NCBI GenBank assembly: GCA_963665125.2
Contig: CAXXUK010000002.1
Coordinates: 480,001-544,000 of the forward strand
From: an uncultured Desulfarculus sp.
GTDB taxonomy: Bacteria; Desulfobacterota; Desulfarculia; Desulfarculales; Desulfarculaceae
DNA length: 64,000 nt
Direction: 5' to 3'
Positions 22,442-31,922 of this stretch are shown piece after piece. Numbering within the stretch: position 1 is the stretch's first letter; each line of letters starts with the position of its first letter. The notes below the pieces were generated by a model. The model did no database searches and was not told the DNA's origin. It saw nothing but the letters and a program-made list of their open reading frames with translations. The position numbers and the translations under genes are program-made.

Positions 22442-23728
22442 GAGACCGTTGCACGGCGTCAGCTCCGAGAGTGCACTTTAATTGGTTGCAATAATTGGTT
22501 AAAATGTCCTTAACCATCGTGAATGGAGGGCATCTTTGGCCAATCGGTTCGAGACAAGGCGGGGCGGTTTCGCGGACATGGCCGTGGCCAGCCGCAAACA
22601 GCCCAAAACCTTTCTGGATGATGTAAACCGCATCGTCGATTGGAAGCCCATCGAGGGCTTTCTGAAGAAAAAGCTTCGGCGCCACAAGGACGCGGTGGGC
22701 AATCCGGCTTATCCGCCTCTGGGCATGTTCAAGATTTTGCTGCTGCAACGCTGGCATGACCTGAGCGACCACAAGGCAGCCGAGGCCATGGCCGACCGAA
22801 TTTCCTTTTGCCGTTTCGCCGGTTTTTCGTTGGATCACGAGTCGCCCGACGCCTCCACCATCTGCCGCTTTCGAAACCACCTGCAAGAGCGCGGCCTGCT
22901 GGACAAGCTGTTTAATATGATAAATCAGCAGCTTGAAGCGCAGGGTATTTTGGTGCGCACCGGCTCCAGCGTGGATGCCACCTTGATTCCATCCGCCCGC
23001 CAGCCCCGCAAAAAGCAGGAAGTGATCCTCGATGAACTCGACGACCAAAACGACGATGATGACGACGACCGCCCCACCGGCTACAGCGTGGAAACCACCT
23101 ATTCCGATGACACGGACGCCAAATGGACCAAGAAAGGCAAGAAGTACTGCTATGGCTACAAGGGACACATTGCCGTCGATGGGGAGCACGGGTTTATTCT
23201 GGCTGGCCACGCCACACCGGCCAACCGACCGGATTGCAAGGAATTCATGGCCGTGGTCGACAACGCCAAGCTGAAGAAGGATGCTCCGGTCCTGGCCGAC
23301 AAAGGCTACAGCAGCGCGGATAATCGAAGCCACCTGGAAGAGGCCGGTTACTTTGACTTGATCATGTACAAGGCGGCTCGCGGTCGACCGCTGAGTGATG
23401 CAGAACTCAGAGTGAACAAGGCAATCTCACGGGTGCGCTGCTCGGTGGAGAGGGCATTCGGCAGCATGAAGAAGCACTACGGCCTGGCGCGGGCCAGATA
23501 TTTGGGCCTGGCCAAGATGAACATGCAACTGATGCTATCGGCCATGGCCTTCAACCTGAAAAAGGCCGCGATACTGGCCGGCAGGTGATCAAAGACACCG
23601 GGGGGCAGGATGGGCAGCCAGGTAAAAGCTAGAAAAAACCCAACGAAGCCCGGCCCAACTGCCTACTACACCGAAAAAATCATCTGAAAAGGAAAGTATG
23701 TCAGGACTCGGCTTTACGCAATGGTCTC
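22442..23728 (+). mobile_element. IS5-family (IS1106-like) insertion sequence, 1287 bp
   Basis: Terminal IRs GAGACCGTTGC / GCAATGGTCTC; 5-bp direct repeat AGTTA at 22437-22441 and 23729-23733. Confidence 0.92.
22536..23588 (+). CDS. IS5-family DDE transposase
   Basis: MFKILLLQRWHDLSD, PDASTICRFR, VDATLI, GYKGHIAVD, ADKGY, VERAFG motifs. Confidence 0.95.
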   Translation: MANRFETRRGGFADMAVASRKQPKTFLDDVNRIVDWKPIEGFLKKKLRRHKDAVGNPAYPPLGMFKILLLQRWHDLSDHKAAEAMADRISFCRFAGFSLDHESPDASTICRFRNHLQERGLLDKLFNMINQQLEAQGILVRTGSSVDATLIPSARQPRKKQEVILDELDDQNDDDDDDRPTGYSVETTYSDDTDAKWTKKGKKYCYGYKGHIAVDGEHGFILAGHATPANRPDCKEFMAVVDNAKLKKDAPVLADKGYSSADNRSHLEEAGYFDLIMYKAARGRPLSDAELRVNKAISRVRCSVERAFGSMKKHYGLARARYLGLAKMNMQLMLSAMAFNLKKAAILAGR

Positions 23729-23765
23729 AGTTAATGTATCCACGGACCCTGACCAGGAAAGCGCC

Positions 23766-24917
23766 ATGCAAAACCTTGACTTCCCCATGATGGAATCGGA
23801 GGCCTGCGGCCCCGGCGGCCAGAACCAACAGGTCTGTTGAGGCCCCAAGACAACAGCCCGGGTGGTTGAAGACAAATTCAAGCAAAGTTTCGTTGTCGGC
23901 CGGGTGGAGACGCCCGCCGGGGATGTCCCCCGGGTGGCCACTGCTTGGACCGCCAAAGACCGTATAGGCGGTTTGGGCGTGCGGGTGGGCATCCGGCGGA
24001 TGAACTACGCGGTTACGCCGGGGCTGTATTGCGTTGGTCAGCCGGACAAAGGCTCGCCCGTGCTGGTCTCGGCCAACTACAAGCTCAGCTTTGATCACCT
24101 GCGCCGGGAACTGGGCGGCATCAGCGCCTGGATTCTGGTGCTGGATACCAACGGCATCAATGTTTGGTGCGCCGCCGGAAAGCGTACCTTCGGCACCGAC
24201 ACCCTGGTGGCGGCCATCAGGGCCGGCAACCTGGACCGGGTCGTGGAGCACCGCGCGTTGATAGTGCCCCAGCTCGGTGCGCCGGGCGTGGCGGCCCATC
24301 TGGTCAAGCGGGCCACGGGTTTTACGGTCAAGTACGGCCCCATCCGGGCGGCGGACCTGCCCTGGTATCTGTCCAACGGCCAAAAGGCCACGATTGATAT
24401 GCGCCGCAAGGACTTTGGCCTGGCCGAGCGCCTTGTCCTGGCGCCCATGGAGTTTGTCCCGGCCATGAAGCTGATGCTGCCCGTGGGCCTGTTGCTGGCG
24501 TTGCTTCTGGCGGCCGTTGCGCCCGGCGGGTTCTGGGCCGCCCTGTCCGCAACGGCCTGGCGTCCGATCCTTATTTTGCTGCTGGGTGTCACGGCGGCGA
24601 CGGTGCTGGGCCCGGCCCTATTGACCTGGCTGCCGGGGCGGATGTTCGCGTCCAAGGGCGCTGCTCTGGGCCTGTTGGCGTCCGTTGTCTGCGCCGCGCT
24701 CCTATTGCCGGACGCTTCGTGGGCCTTTATGGCGGGCGGCATATTGATGTCCACCGCCGCGGCTTCGTTTGCCCTGATGAATTTCACCGGCGCGTCGACA
24801 TATACCTCGCTGTCAGGGGTGAAGCGGGAGATGCGTATATGCGTGCCCATGCAGGCCGTCGCCGCCCTTGCCGGAGTCGCTTTGCTCGTAACGGCCTTGC
24901 TGGTGGCCGGGAGATGA
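23766..24917 (+). CDS. hgcA: Mercury methylation corrinoid protein HgcA with N-terminal Cys-Sec extension (TGA 23838-23840)
   Basis: Cap helix NVWCAAGK (24159-24182), ANYKLSFD, C-terminal TM helices, followed by hgcB; upstream in-frame ATG 23766 with AGGA RBS reads MQNLDFPMMESEACGPGGQNQQVC-U-GPKTTARVVED. Confidence 0.93.
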
Positions 24918-24922
24918 GATCC

Positions 24923-25192
24923 ATGAAAATGACATATCTGAAGGCTGTTACCACCCTTGAGCTTTTCCCGGTAAAGTGCGTGGGCTGCGGCATGTGCCTG
25001 GAGGTCTGCCCCCACGAGGTATTCATCCTGGATGACGGCAAGGCGGCGATATACGAAAAGGACGCCTGCATGGAATGCGGGGCCTGCGCCATGAACTGCC
25101 CGGCCGGGGCCATTGACGTTGACGCCGGGGTGGGCTGCGCTGCGGCCATCATCGCCACGGCCCTGCGCGGCGACAAGGCCGTCTGCTGCTGA
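24923..25192 (+). CDS. hgcB: Mercury methylation ferredoxin HgcB
   Basis: Two CxxCxxCxxxCP motifs, CMECGAC signature, GVGCAAA, C-terminal CC; directly after hgcA (alternative start 24914). Confidence 0.95.
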   Translation: MKMTYLKAVTTLELFPVKCVGCGMCLEVCPHEVFILDDGKAAIYEKDACMECGACAMNCPAGAIDVDAGVGCAAAIIATALRGDKAVCC

Positions 25193-25257
25193 TTGTCGAT
25201 TTTTATTTACACTAAACAAATGTTGTCATATGATCCCCTGAAAAAGTGGAGGGGATT

Positions 25258-25743
25258 ATGATGGTCAAGTATGAAGGCGTGGCCGTGTTCGTGGCCGACA
25301 TGGATGCGTCCAGGCAGTTTTATGAAAAAGTGCTGGGCCAAAAGGTGTTGATGGACAACGGACCCCATGTGGCCTATGAGGGCGGTTTTTCGCTGTGGGA
25401 GGCCAAACACGCCGCCGAGGTGGTTTTCGGCCGGGCTCCGGCTGGGGGCGGCCCCCAAGGCCGGGACAACTTTGAACTATACTTTGAATGCCAAGACATT
25501 GACCTGGCGTGCCGGGCGGTGGAACGAGCCGGTGCGCCCCAGGTCCACCCCGTGGTGGAGCAGCCCTGGGGTCAGCGGGTGGCCCGCTTCCGGGATCCGG
25601 ATGGCCATATGATTGAGCTGGCCGAGCCTCTGCCCCTGGTGGTGCGGCGGTTCCTGGACCAGGGCATGAGCCTGGAGCAGGTGGCGGAAAAGACCTCAAT
25701 GCCCCTGGATTTGGTGCGGCAGATGGCGGCGGCGGAGGGGTAG
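25258..25743 (+). CDS. VOC/glyoxalase-family protein with short C-terminal HTH-like extension
   Basis: FVADMDASRQFYEKVLG, EQPWGQRVARFRDPDGHMIELAE. Confidence 0.85.
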   Translation: MMVKYEGVAVFVADMDASRQFYEKVLGQKVLMDNGPHVAYEGGFSLWEAKHAAEVVFGRAPAGGGPQGRDNFELYFECQDIDLACRAVERAGAPQVHPVVEQPWGQRVARFRDPDGHMIELAEPLPLVVRRFLDQGMSLEQVAEKTSMPLDLVRQMAAAEG

Positions 25744-25974
25744 GTCGCCTTTGGTTTGCCCGGCGCCCAAGTCCTCGGTCCGGGCAAACCCCGTGGCATA
25801 TTCCGGTAGACCTTCTATGTATTACGGCGCGGGCGTCCAGACCCTGGGCCTATTTTTCTTGCCACGACTGGTCGATGCTGGTAAATGGGTGGCTGCGGCT
25901 GGGTATTGCCTTTGGGGACAACTGGGCCGCATTATTGAAAATATGTGTGTTGTTAATTATTTCGGTAGGCACCC

Positions 25975-28320
25975 ATGAGTAAAACCAACGCCGCCAAGGT
26001 CGCCGGGGAACTGGGCCTGGCCCTGCAACAGGTTGAAGCGACCTCCGCCCTGCTGGATGAAGGCGCGACCGTACCCTTCATCGCCCGTTACCGCAAGGAA
26101 CGCACCGGCTCGCTGGACGAAGAACAGATCCGCGCCGTACGGGACAGACTGTCCCAGCTGGCCGAACTGGACAGCCGCCGGGCGGCGATTATCAAGAGCC
26201 TCACGGAACGTGAGTTGCTGACCCCGGAGTTGGAACAGAAAGTCAACGCCGCCGAGACCATGGCCGTGCTGGAGGACGTTTATCTGCCTTTCCGGCCCAA
26301 GCGCCGCACCAGGGCCACCATTGCCAAGGAGCGGGGCCTGGAGCCCCTGGCCCTGATGATCCTGGCCCAGGATGACGGCACTGACCCCCTGGCCCAGGCC
26401 GCGGCGTTCGTGGACGCCGAAAAAGAGGTGCCCGAAGTGGAGGCCGCCCTGGCCGGAGCACGGGATATCATCGCCGAGATAATCAACGAGGACCAGGACG
26501 CCCGCGCTTCCATGCGCGATCTGTACGAGGTCAAGGGCGTTATCCAGTCCAAGGTGATGACCGGCAAGGAAGAGGCCGGCCAGAAGTTCCGGGACTATTT
26601 CGAATGGTCCGAGCCCTTGGCCCAGGCCCCCAGCCACCGGGTGTTGGCCGTGCGCCGGGGCGAAAAGGAAGAGATGCTCAGCCTGCGCATCTCCCCGCCC
26701 GAGGAAGACGCCATGGCCCTTTTGAGCGGCCGCTTTGTCACCGGCCAGGGACCGTGCTCCGAGCAGGTGAGCCTGGCCGTGAGCGACAGCTACAAGCGGC
26801 TTTTGGGCCCCAGCATGGAGACCGAGGTGCGTCTGAGCTCCAAGAAGCGGGCCGACGAGGAGGCCATCAAGGTGTTCGCCGAAAACGTGCGCACCCTGAT
26901 GATGTCGCCGCCCCTGGGCCAAAAGGCCGTGCTGGCCATCGACCCGGGCTTCCGCACCGGCTGCAAGGTCGTCTGCCTTGACCAGCAGGGCAATATCCTG
27001 GCCAACGATGTTATCAATATCATGACCGACAAGCAACGGGCCGATGCTCTGGACAAGGTGCAAAAGCTCATCGCGGAGCACGGCATCGAGGCCATCGCCA
27101 TCGGCAACGGCACGGCCAGCCGGGAAACCGAGAGCCTTTTCCGGGGCGTTGATCTGCCCGGAGGCATCCCGGTGGTGCTGGTCAATGAATCGGGGGCCAG
27201 CGTGTATTCGGCCTCCAAGCTGGCCCGTCAGGAATTCCCCGACCTGGATGTCAGCGTGCGCGGGGCCATATCCATCGGCCGCCGGTTGATGGACCCCCTG
27301 GCCGAACTGGTCAAGATCGACCCCAAGAGCATCGGCGTGGGCCAGTACCAGCACGATGTGGATCAAAAGTCACTCAAGGAAGGCCTGGAGGACGTGGTAA
27401 TAAGCTGCGTCAACGCCGTGGGCGTGGAACTCAACACGGCCAGCGCCCAACTGCTGAGCTATGTCTCGGGCCTGGGGCCGTCATTGGCCCAGGGCATTGT
27501 TGAACACCGGGCTCAAAACGGGCCCTTCGCCTCGCGTCAGGCCATCCTGGACGTGCCCCGCCTGGGGCCCAAGGCCTTTGAACAGGCAGCGGGTTTTCTG
27601 CGGGTCAGAGACAGTGAAAACCCTCTGGACTCCAGCGCGGTGCACCCCGAGTCCTATCCCATTGTCGAGGCCATGGCCGGGGATTTGGACTGCACGGTGG
27701 CGGACCTGATCAAACAGGCCGAGCTGCGCCGCAAAATCGAACTGGGCCGCTACGCCAACGATGAGGTGGGCCTGCCGACCCTCCAGGACATCATTGCCGA
27801 GTTGGAAAAGCCGGGCCGCGACCCCAGGGAGGGCTTCGAGGCCTTTGCCTTTGCCGAAGGCGTGGAAAAACTCGAAGACCTCGAGCCGGGCATGAAGCTG
27901 CCGGGCATCGTCACCAACGTCACCAATTTCGGCGCGTTCGTGGACGTTGGCGTGCATCAGGACGGCCTGGTGCACATCAGCGAACTGAGCGACGATTTCA
28001 TCAGCGACCCCCGCCAGGCGGTGAAGGTGCAGCAGCAGGTCATCGTCACTGTGATGGAGGTGGATGTGGAGCGCAGGCGCATCTCGTTGTCAATGCGTCC
28101 GGCGCCTGGAGCGCCCCGCCGCCGGCCCGGCTCCAAACCCCAGGACCATGCCGGGGGTGACCGCAGGCCGCCGCGGAGCGACAGGAAAACCAAGGGCAAG
28201 GGAAAGGGCAGGCCCAAGGCCGCCCAACCCGAGGCATCGCAGAAGGACAAGGACAAGAAACAGGATAAACCCTTCAACAACCCCTTTGCCGCCGCCCTGG
28301 GCGATCTTAAGCTCGACTAA
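25975..28320 (+). CDS. tex: Tex-family RNA-binding transcriptional accessory protein
   Basis: GATVPFIARYRKERTG, DPGFRTGCK, VNESGASVYSAS, C-terminal S1 domain. Confidence 0.95.
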   Translation: MSKTNAAKVAGELGLALQQVEATSALLDEGATVPFIARYRKERTGSLDEEQIRAVRDRLSQLAELDSRRAAIIKSLTERELLTPELEQKVNAAETMAVLEDVYLPFRPKRRTRATIAKERGLEPLALMILAQDDGTDPLAQAAAFVDAEKEVPEVEAALAGARDIIAEIINEDQDARASMRDLYEVKGVIQSKVMTGKEEAGQKFRDYFEWSEPLAQAPSHRVLAVRRGEKEEMLSLRISPPEEDAMALLSGRFVTGQGPCSEQVSLAVSDSYKRLLGPSMETEVRLSSKKRADEEAIKVFAENVRTLMMSPPLGQKAVLAIDPGFRTGCKVVCLDQQGNILANDVINIMTDKQRADALDKVQKLIAEHGIEAIAIGNGTASRETESLFRGVDLPGGIPVVLVNESGASVYSASKLARQEFPDLDVSVRGAISIGRRLMDPLAELVKIDPKSIGVGQYQHDVDQKSLKEGLEDVVISCVNAVGVELNTASAQLLSYVSGLGPSLAQGIVEHRAQNGPFASRQAILDVPRLGPKAFEQAAGFLRVRDSENPLDSSAVHPESYPIVEAMAGDLDCTVADLIKQAELRRKIELGRYANDEVGLPTLQDIIAELEKPGRDPREGFEAFAFAEGVEKLEDLEPGMKLPGIVTNVTNFGAFVDVGVHQDGLVHISELSDDFISDPRQAVKVQQQVIVTVMEVDVERRRISLSMRPAPGAPRRRPGSKPQDHAGGDRRPPRSDRKTKGKGKGRPKAAQPEASQKDKDKKQDKPFNNPFAAALGDLKLD

Positions 28321-28611
28321 TATGCGCGGGACCGGCCAGGCGCTGGCCGGTCCCGTAGAACTACGGCCAATCGCTGCCAAAGTCGCGGCAAAAAAACACA
28401 CAGTGTTCAAAAAAACGGTAGCCTTTGCCTCCCCCCTTTTTGTTAACATGGTCCAGCCAAAAAACGCACCGCGCTACTGTCGGCCAGTGGCAGTGTTTTT
28501 TCGGAGGCGGCCATTCGATCCGCAGCCGGGAGGATAGTGTTTGGCCCGGCGGCGTATTTGTTATTTTCGGCGGTAATCAACAGCAACCGATGTAGTGGGA
28601 GGTTTTTGGAT

Positions 28612-30357
28612 ATGTCGGACAAACCGTGGCACAAATCATCAAGGTGGCCCGAAGGAGTTCCCTTTGAGTTCGAGGGCAATTACAAACGGCCCGTTTTTTC
28701 ACTTTTAGATGACGCGGCCAAAAACTATCCCGATGCCGTGTACACCATTTTCCAGGGTGGCATGCGCACCTACAAGCAGGTCAAGGAATCGGCCGACAAG
28801 ATCGCCAACTTCCTGGCGGCCAAGGGCATCAAGCACGAAGACCGCGTGGCCATGTTCCTGCCCAACATTCCGCATTATCCCGAAGCCTTTTTCGGCGCTT
28901 CAAAAGCGGGCGCGGCGTGCGTTACCTGCAACCCGCTCTACACCATCGAAGAGCTCAATTTCCAACTCAAGGACTCCGACGCCAAGGCGGTTTTCTGCAT
29001 GGATCACCCGGAGTTCTACAAGACAACCTGCGAGGCCATCAAGGGCACCAACGTCGAGACGGTCATCGTCTGCAACGTCAAGACCCACCTGCCTAAAATA
29101 AAGGCTATTCTGGGCGGTCTGCTGGGCAAACTCCCCAAGGCCGACAATGTCGACCCCAAGCACGTCAGGTACGAAGACATCATGGCCCAGTACCCGGCCC
29201 AGGCGCCGAAAGTGGACATTGATGTCGAAAACGACCTTGCCGTTATCCTTTACACCGGCGGCACCACCGGCGTGCCCAAGGGCGCCGAACTCAAGCACAC
29301 CAACTTCGTCTACAACGTAATGGCTCTGGACCAGTGGATCCGCCTGCCCAACCGGCCCGGCGAAAAACCGGCCAAAATGGAGCGGGGCGGCGTACACACC
29401 TATTTGGGCGTCTTGCCCTGGTACCACAGCTTCGGCATCACCACCTGCATGATCGGTTCGGTGTATAGCGCCAACCGCCTGGTTTGCATTCCTGATCCCA
29501 AGGCCGGCGATCCGCCTTTCACCGAGGTTCTCAAGTCCTGCGAAAAGTACGGCGTGACCATCACCGTGGCCGTGCCCACGATTTACACGGCCTTTGTCAA
29601 CCATCCCAAGATCAATGACTTCGATCTTTCCAAGTTTATCGCCTGTTGTTCCGGCGCGGCTCCCCTGCCGGCCGAAGTGGTGCGCCAGTTTGAAAAGATC
29701 TCCGGTTCGGTGATCTTCGAGGGCTACGGCCTGACTGAGACAACGCCGGTGTTGACCACCAACCCGACCTTTGCCGACAAGCGCAAGATCGGTTCGGTGG
29801 GCATGCCCCTGCCGGGCACCGACATCAAGATCGTGGACCTGGACACCGGCCTCAAGGAACTGCCCAATGGCGAAGACGGCGAGATTTCCGGCTGCGGTCC
29901 CCAGATAATGCGCGGCTACTGGAAACGTCCCGACGCCAATGACGAGGTGTTCAGGGAGATTGAAGGCAACCGTTACTTCCTCACCGGCGACATCGGCCAT
30001 ATTGATGAAGACGGCTTCATCGTCATCACCGACCGCAAAAAGGACCTGATCCTGGTGGGCGGCTTCAACGCCTATCCCAAGGAGATCGAGGAAGTCCTGT
30101 ACCTGCATCCCAAGGTGGCCCAGGCCGCCGTGGTGGGCGTGCCCGATCCGCGTAGCGGCGAGGCGGTCAAGGCCTTCGTGCAGCTCAAGGAAGGCGTCGA
30201 GGCCACGGAACAGGAGCTCAAGGACTTCTGCGCCGAGCACCTGGCCGGTTACAAGAGGCCCAGGGAGATCGAGTTCCGCGATGAACTGCCCACATCGGTG
30301 GTCGGCAAGATACTGCGCCGCGTGCTGCGCGACGAGGAGATCGACAAGCGCAAATAA
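28612..30357 (+). CDS. Long-chain fatty acid-CoA ligase (FadD-like)
   Basis: YTGGTTGVPKG AMP-binding loop, EGYGLTE, TGDIG, DRKKDLI, GKILRR; GGAGG RBS. Confidence 0.93.
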   Translation: MSDKPWHKSSRWPEGVPFEFEGNYKRPVFSLLDDAAKNYPDAVYTIFQGGMRTYKQVKESADKIANFLAAKGIKHEDRVAMFLPNIPHYPEAFFGASKAGAACVTCNPLYTIEELNFQLKDSDAKAVFCMDHPEFYKTTCEAIKGTNVETVIVCNVKTHLPKIKAILGGLLGKLPKADNVDPKHVRYEDIMAQYPAQAPKVDIDVENDLAVILYTGGTTGVPKGAELKHTNFVYNVMALDQWIRLPNRPGEKPAKMERGGVHTYLGVLPWYHSFGITTCMIGSVYSANRLVCIPDPKAGDPPFTEVLKSCEKYGVTITVAVPTIYTAFVNHPKINDFDLSKFIACCSGAAPLPAEVVRQFEKISGSVIFEGYGLTETTPVLTTNPTFADKRKIGSVGMPLPGTDIKIVDLDTGLKELPNGEDGEISGCGPQIMRGYWKRPDANDEVFREIEGNRYFLTGDIGHIDEDGFIVITDRKKDLILVGGFNAYPKEIEEVLYLHPKVAQAAVVGVPDPRSGEAVKAFVQLKEGVEATEQELKDFCAEHLAGYKRPREIEFRDELPTSVVGKILRRVLRDEEIDKRK

Positions 30358-30379
30358 GCGCCGGATAGCCTGAAATGAC

Positions 30380-30412
30380 GCGGCGGGTTCCCTCGGGGGC
30401 CCGCCGTTTTTT
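30380..30412. terminator. Terminator between convergent ligase and diguanylate cyclase genes
   Basis: gcggcgggttccc-tc-gggggcccgccgt followed by a T run. Confidence 0.65.
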
Positions 30413-31784
30413 ATGAGAGTCGGCCGGGAGCTGGTTCGGTCCTGTTGCGGCCTTTGTTCTTGGCCAGATAGAGCATTTCGTCGGCCCGTTTGAGCAGGTA
30501 TTCCGCGGTTTCGGTGCGGCGGGTCATCTGGGCCGCGCCGATGCTGACGGTGATCCTGGCCCGGGAGGCCTGCCCGGACAGGCGCAACGCGGCCACCGCC
30601 GTGCGGATGCGTTCGGCCAGGACCAGGGCCTGGTCCAGACCCGTTTCCGGCAGGATCACCCCGAACTCCTCGCCGCCCAGACGTCCGGCCAAGTCTTCCG
30701 CCCGGACAACTTGGCGAAGGGTTTGGGAAAAGGACTTGAGAGCCTTGTCGCCCGTGGGGTGGCCGAACTCGTCGTTGATCGATTTGAAATGGTCCAGATC
30801 GATCATCAGCAGGGACAGGGGATTGCCGTGCCGGGCGCTGCGCTTGCATTCGGCCTGGAGCAGTTCCAGGAAATAGCGCCGGTTGTGCAGGCCGGTCAGG
30901 CTGTCGGTCAGGGCCATTGCCTGAAGCTTTTGGGCCGTTTCGGTCAGCTCCGCCGTGCGCTCCAAGACCCGCTGCTCCATCTCGTCAAAGGCCTTTTTCA
31001 GGCCCATCTCGGCAACGTCCCGGGCCCGGCTGCGCTTGTACAATTCCCGGCGGGCCACCAACAGGGCTACCAGACCCGCCAGCCAGACCAAGCCGAACTG
31101 GGCCAGGGATCGGTTTATTTCCTGTTGCTTGTTGGCGAGCTTTTTGTCCAGAGGCATGCTGATGCTCAGGCCTCCGATAAGATCGCCGACCTTGTAGCCT
31201 ATTGAGCCGTGGCACTTCAGGCAATACTCTTTGGCATACAGCGGCACCATGGAGCGGAGCGTGATTTTGCCGTCCCTGATTTCCCGGCCGGTGACCTTGT
31301 CCATTGGTTGCGCCTGCATTTTTTGCAGGGCGGCGCGTTCCCATTGGTCCGGCGCCGACGCGGGCCTGAAAGGTTTCATGCTTGTGGCGTGGACGTAAAT
31401 ACGCTCCGGGTTGTTGTCTTTATTCGCTTCGGCCAGCAGGCGCATGGCGTAGGCGCCGTTGACCAAGACCAGGCGTTTGCCCTTTGTGGTGGTGACCGCA
31501 GATTCAGTCACATGGCTCAAATAGGGATTTTCCGGAACCTTGTCGCTTTCGGCGACGTAGATCCCGCCATTTTCCAATATCCACCGGCGCAGGGTGTAGT
31601 CGCGCGCCAGGAACGCGCTGATCTCGGCCTCGTTGCGTTGGTCGAACCGTTGGTTGGTGCGCCAGATCGCCTCGCCTGCCAGACCGCAGGACAACAGCGA
31701 CCAGCCCATGATCAGGACCAATATGACCAACTGCTCGGTGCGCGGCTTGCCGGTTTGACTTTTATTGTTGCCGGATGCGAGCAT
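30411..31784 (-). CDS. Diguanylate cyclase with periplasmic c-type heme-binding (DUF3365-like) sensor
   Basis: Two TM segments, CLKCH motif, DSLTGLHNRR, DLDHFK, RAED-LAGRL-GGEEF; start uncertain. Confidence 0.88.
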   Translation of the reverse strand: MLASGNNKSQTGKPRTEQLVILVLIMGWSLLSCGLAGEAIWRTNQRFDQRNEAEISAFLARDYTLRRWILENGGIYVAESDKVPENPYLSHVTESAVTTTKGKRLVLVNGAYAMRLLAEANKDNNPERIYVHATSMKPFRPASAPDQWERAALQKMQAQPMDKVTGREIRDGKITLRSMVPLYAKEYCLKCHGSIGYKVGDLIGGLSISMPLDKKLANKQQEINRSLAQFGLVWLAGLVALLVARRELYKRSRARDVAEMGLKKAFDEMEQRVLERTAELTETAQKLQAMALTDSLTGLHNRRYFLELLQAECKRSARHGNPLSLLMIDLDHFKSINDEFGHPTGDKALKSFSQTLRQVVRAEDLAGRLGGEEFGVILPETGLDQALVLAERIRTAVAALRLSGQASRARITVSIGAAQMTRRTETAEYLLKRADEMLYLAKNKGRNRTEPAPGRLS

Positions 31785-31922
31785 TGTGTATTGATTCCAA
31801 ACGTCGCCGGGGAAAAGCAACCCAAATTCAAAGTCCGAACATTATATGCCCAAATGAAGATGGAATTAAGAACATTCTGATATGAAACGCTATAGGTGGG
31901 AATCTTGACGTAAATTTGCCGG

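Noticed and set aside
23713..23742. Hybrid promoter formed by the IS right end (TTTACG) and flanking DNA
   Set aside because: No convincing -10 hexamer at 16-18 bp spacing; cannot be claimed from sequence alone
23862..24917. Calling this gene an acetyl-CoA synthase corrinoid subunit (CdhE/AcsC)
   Set aside because: The Cys-containing cap helix, C-terminal TM helices and adjacent HgcB identify it as HgcA
25184..25200. TGC-TGC-TGA at the hgcB end as a possible further selenocysteine
   Set aside because: HgcB normally ends near a CC motif; the downstream sequence is AT-rich, has no hairpin and does not look coding
25258..25743. VOC protein after hgcB as an ArsI-like C-As lyase or Hg-related enzyme
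   Set aside because: No vicinal Cys pair; it looks like a generic glyoxalase-family protein, and linkage to hgcAB is unsupported
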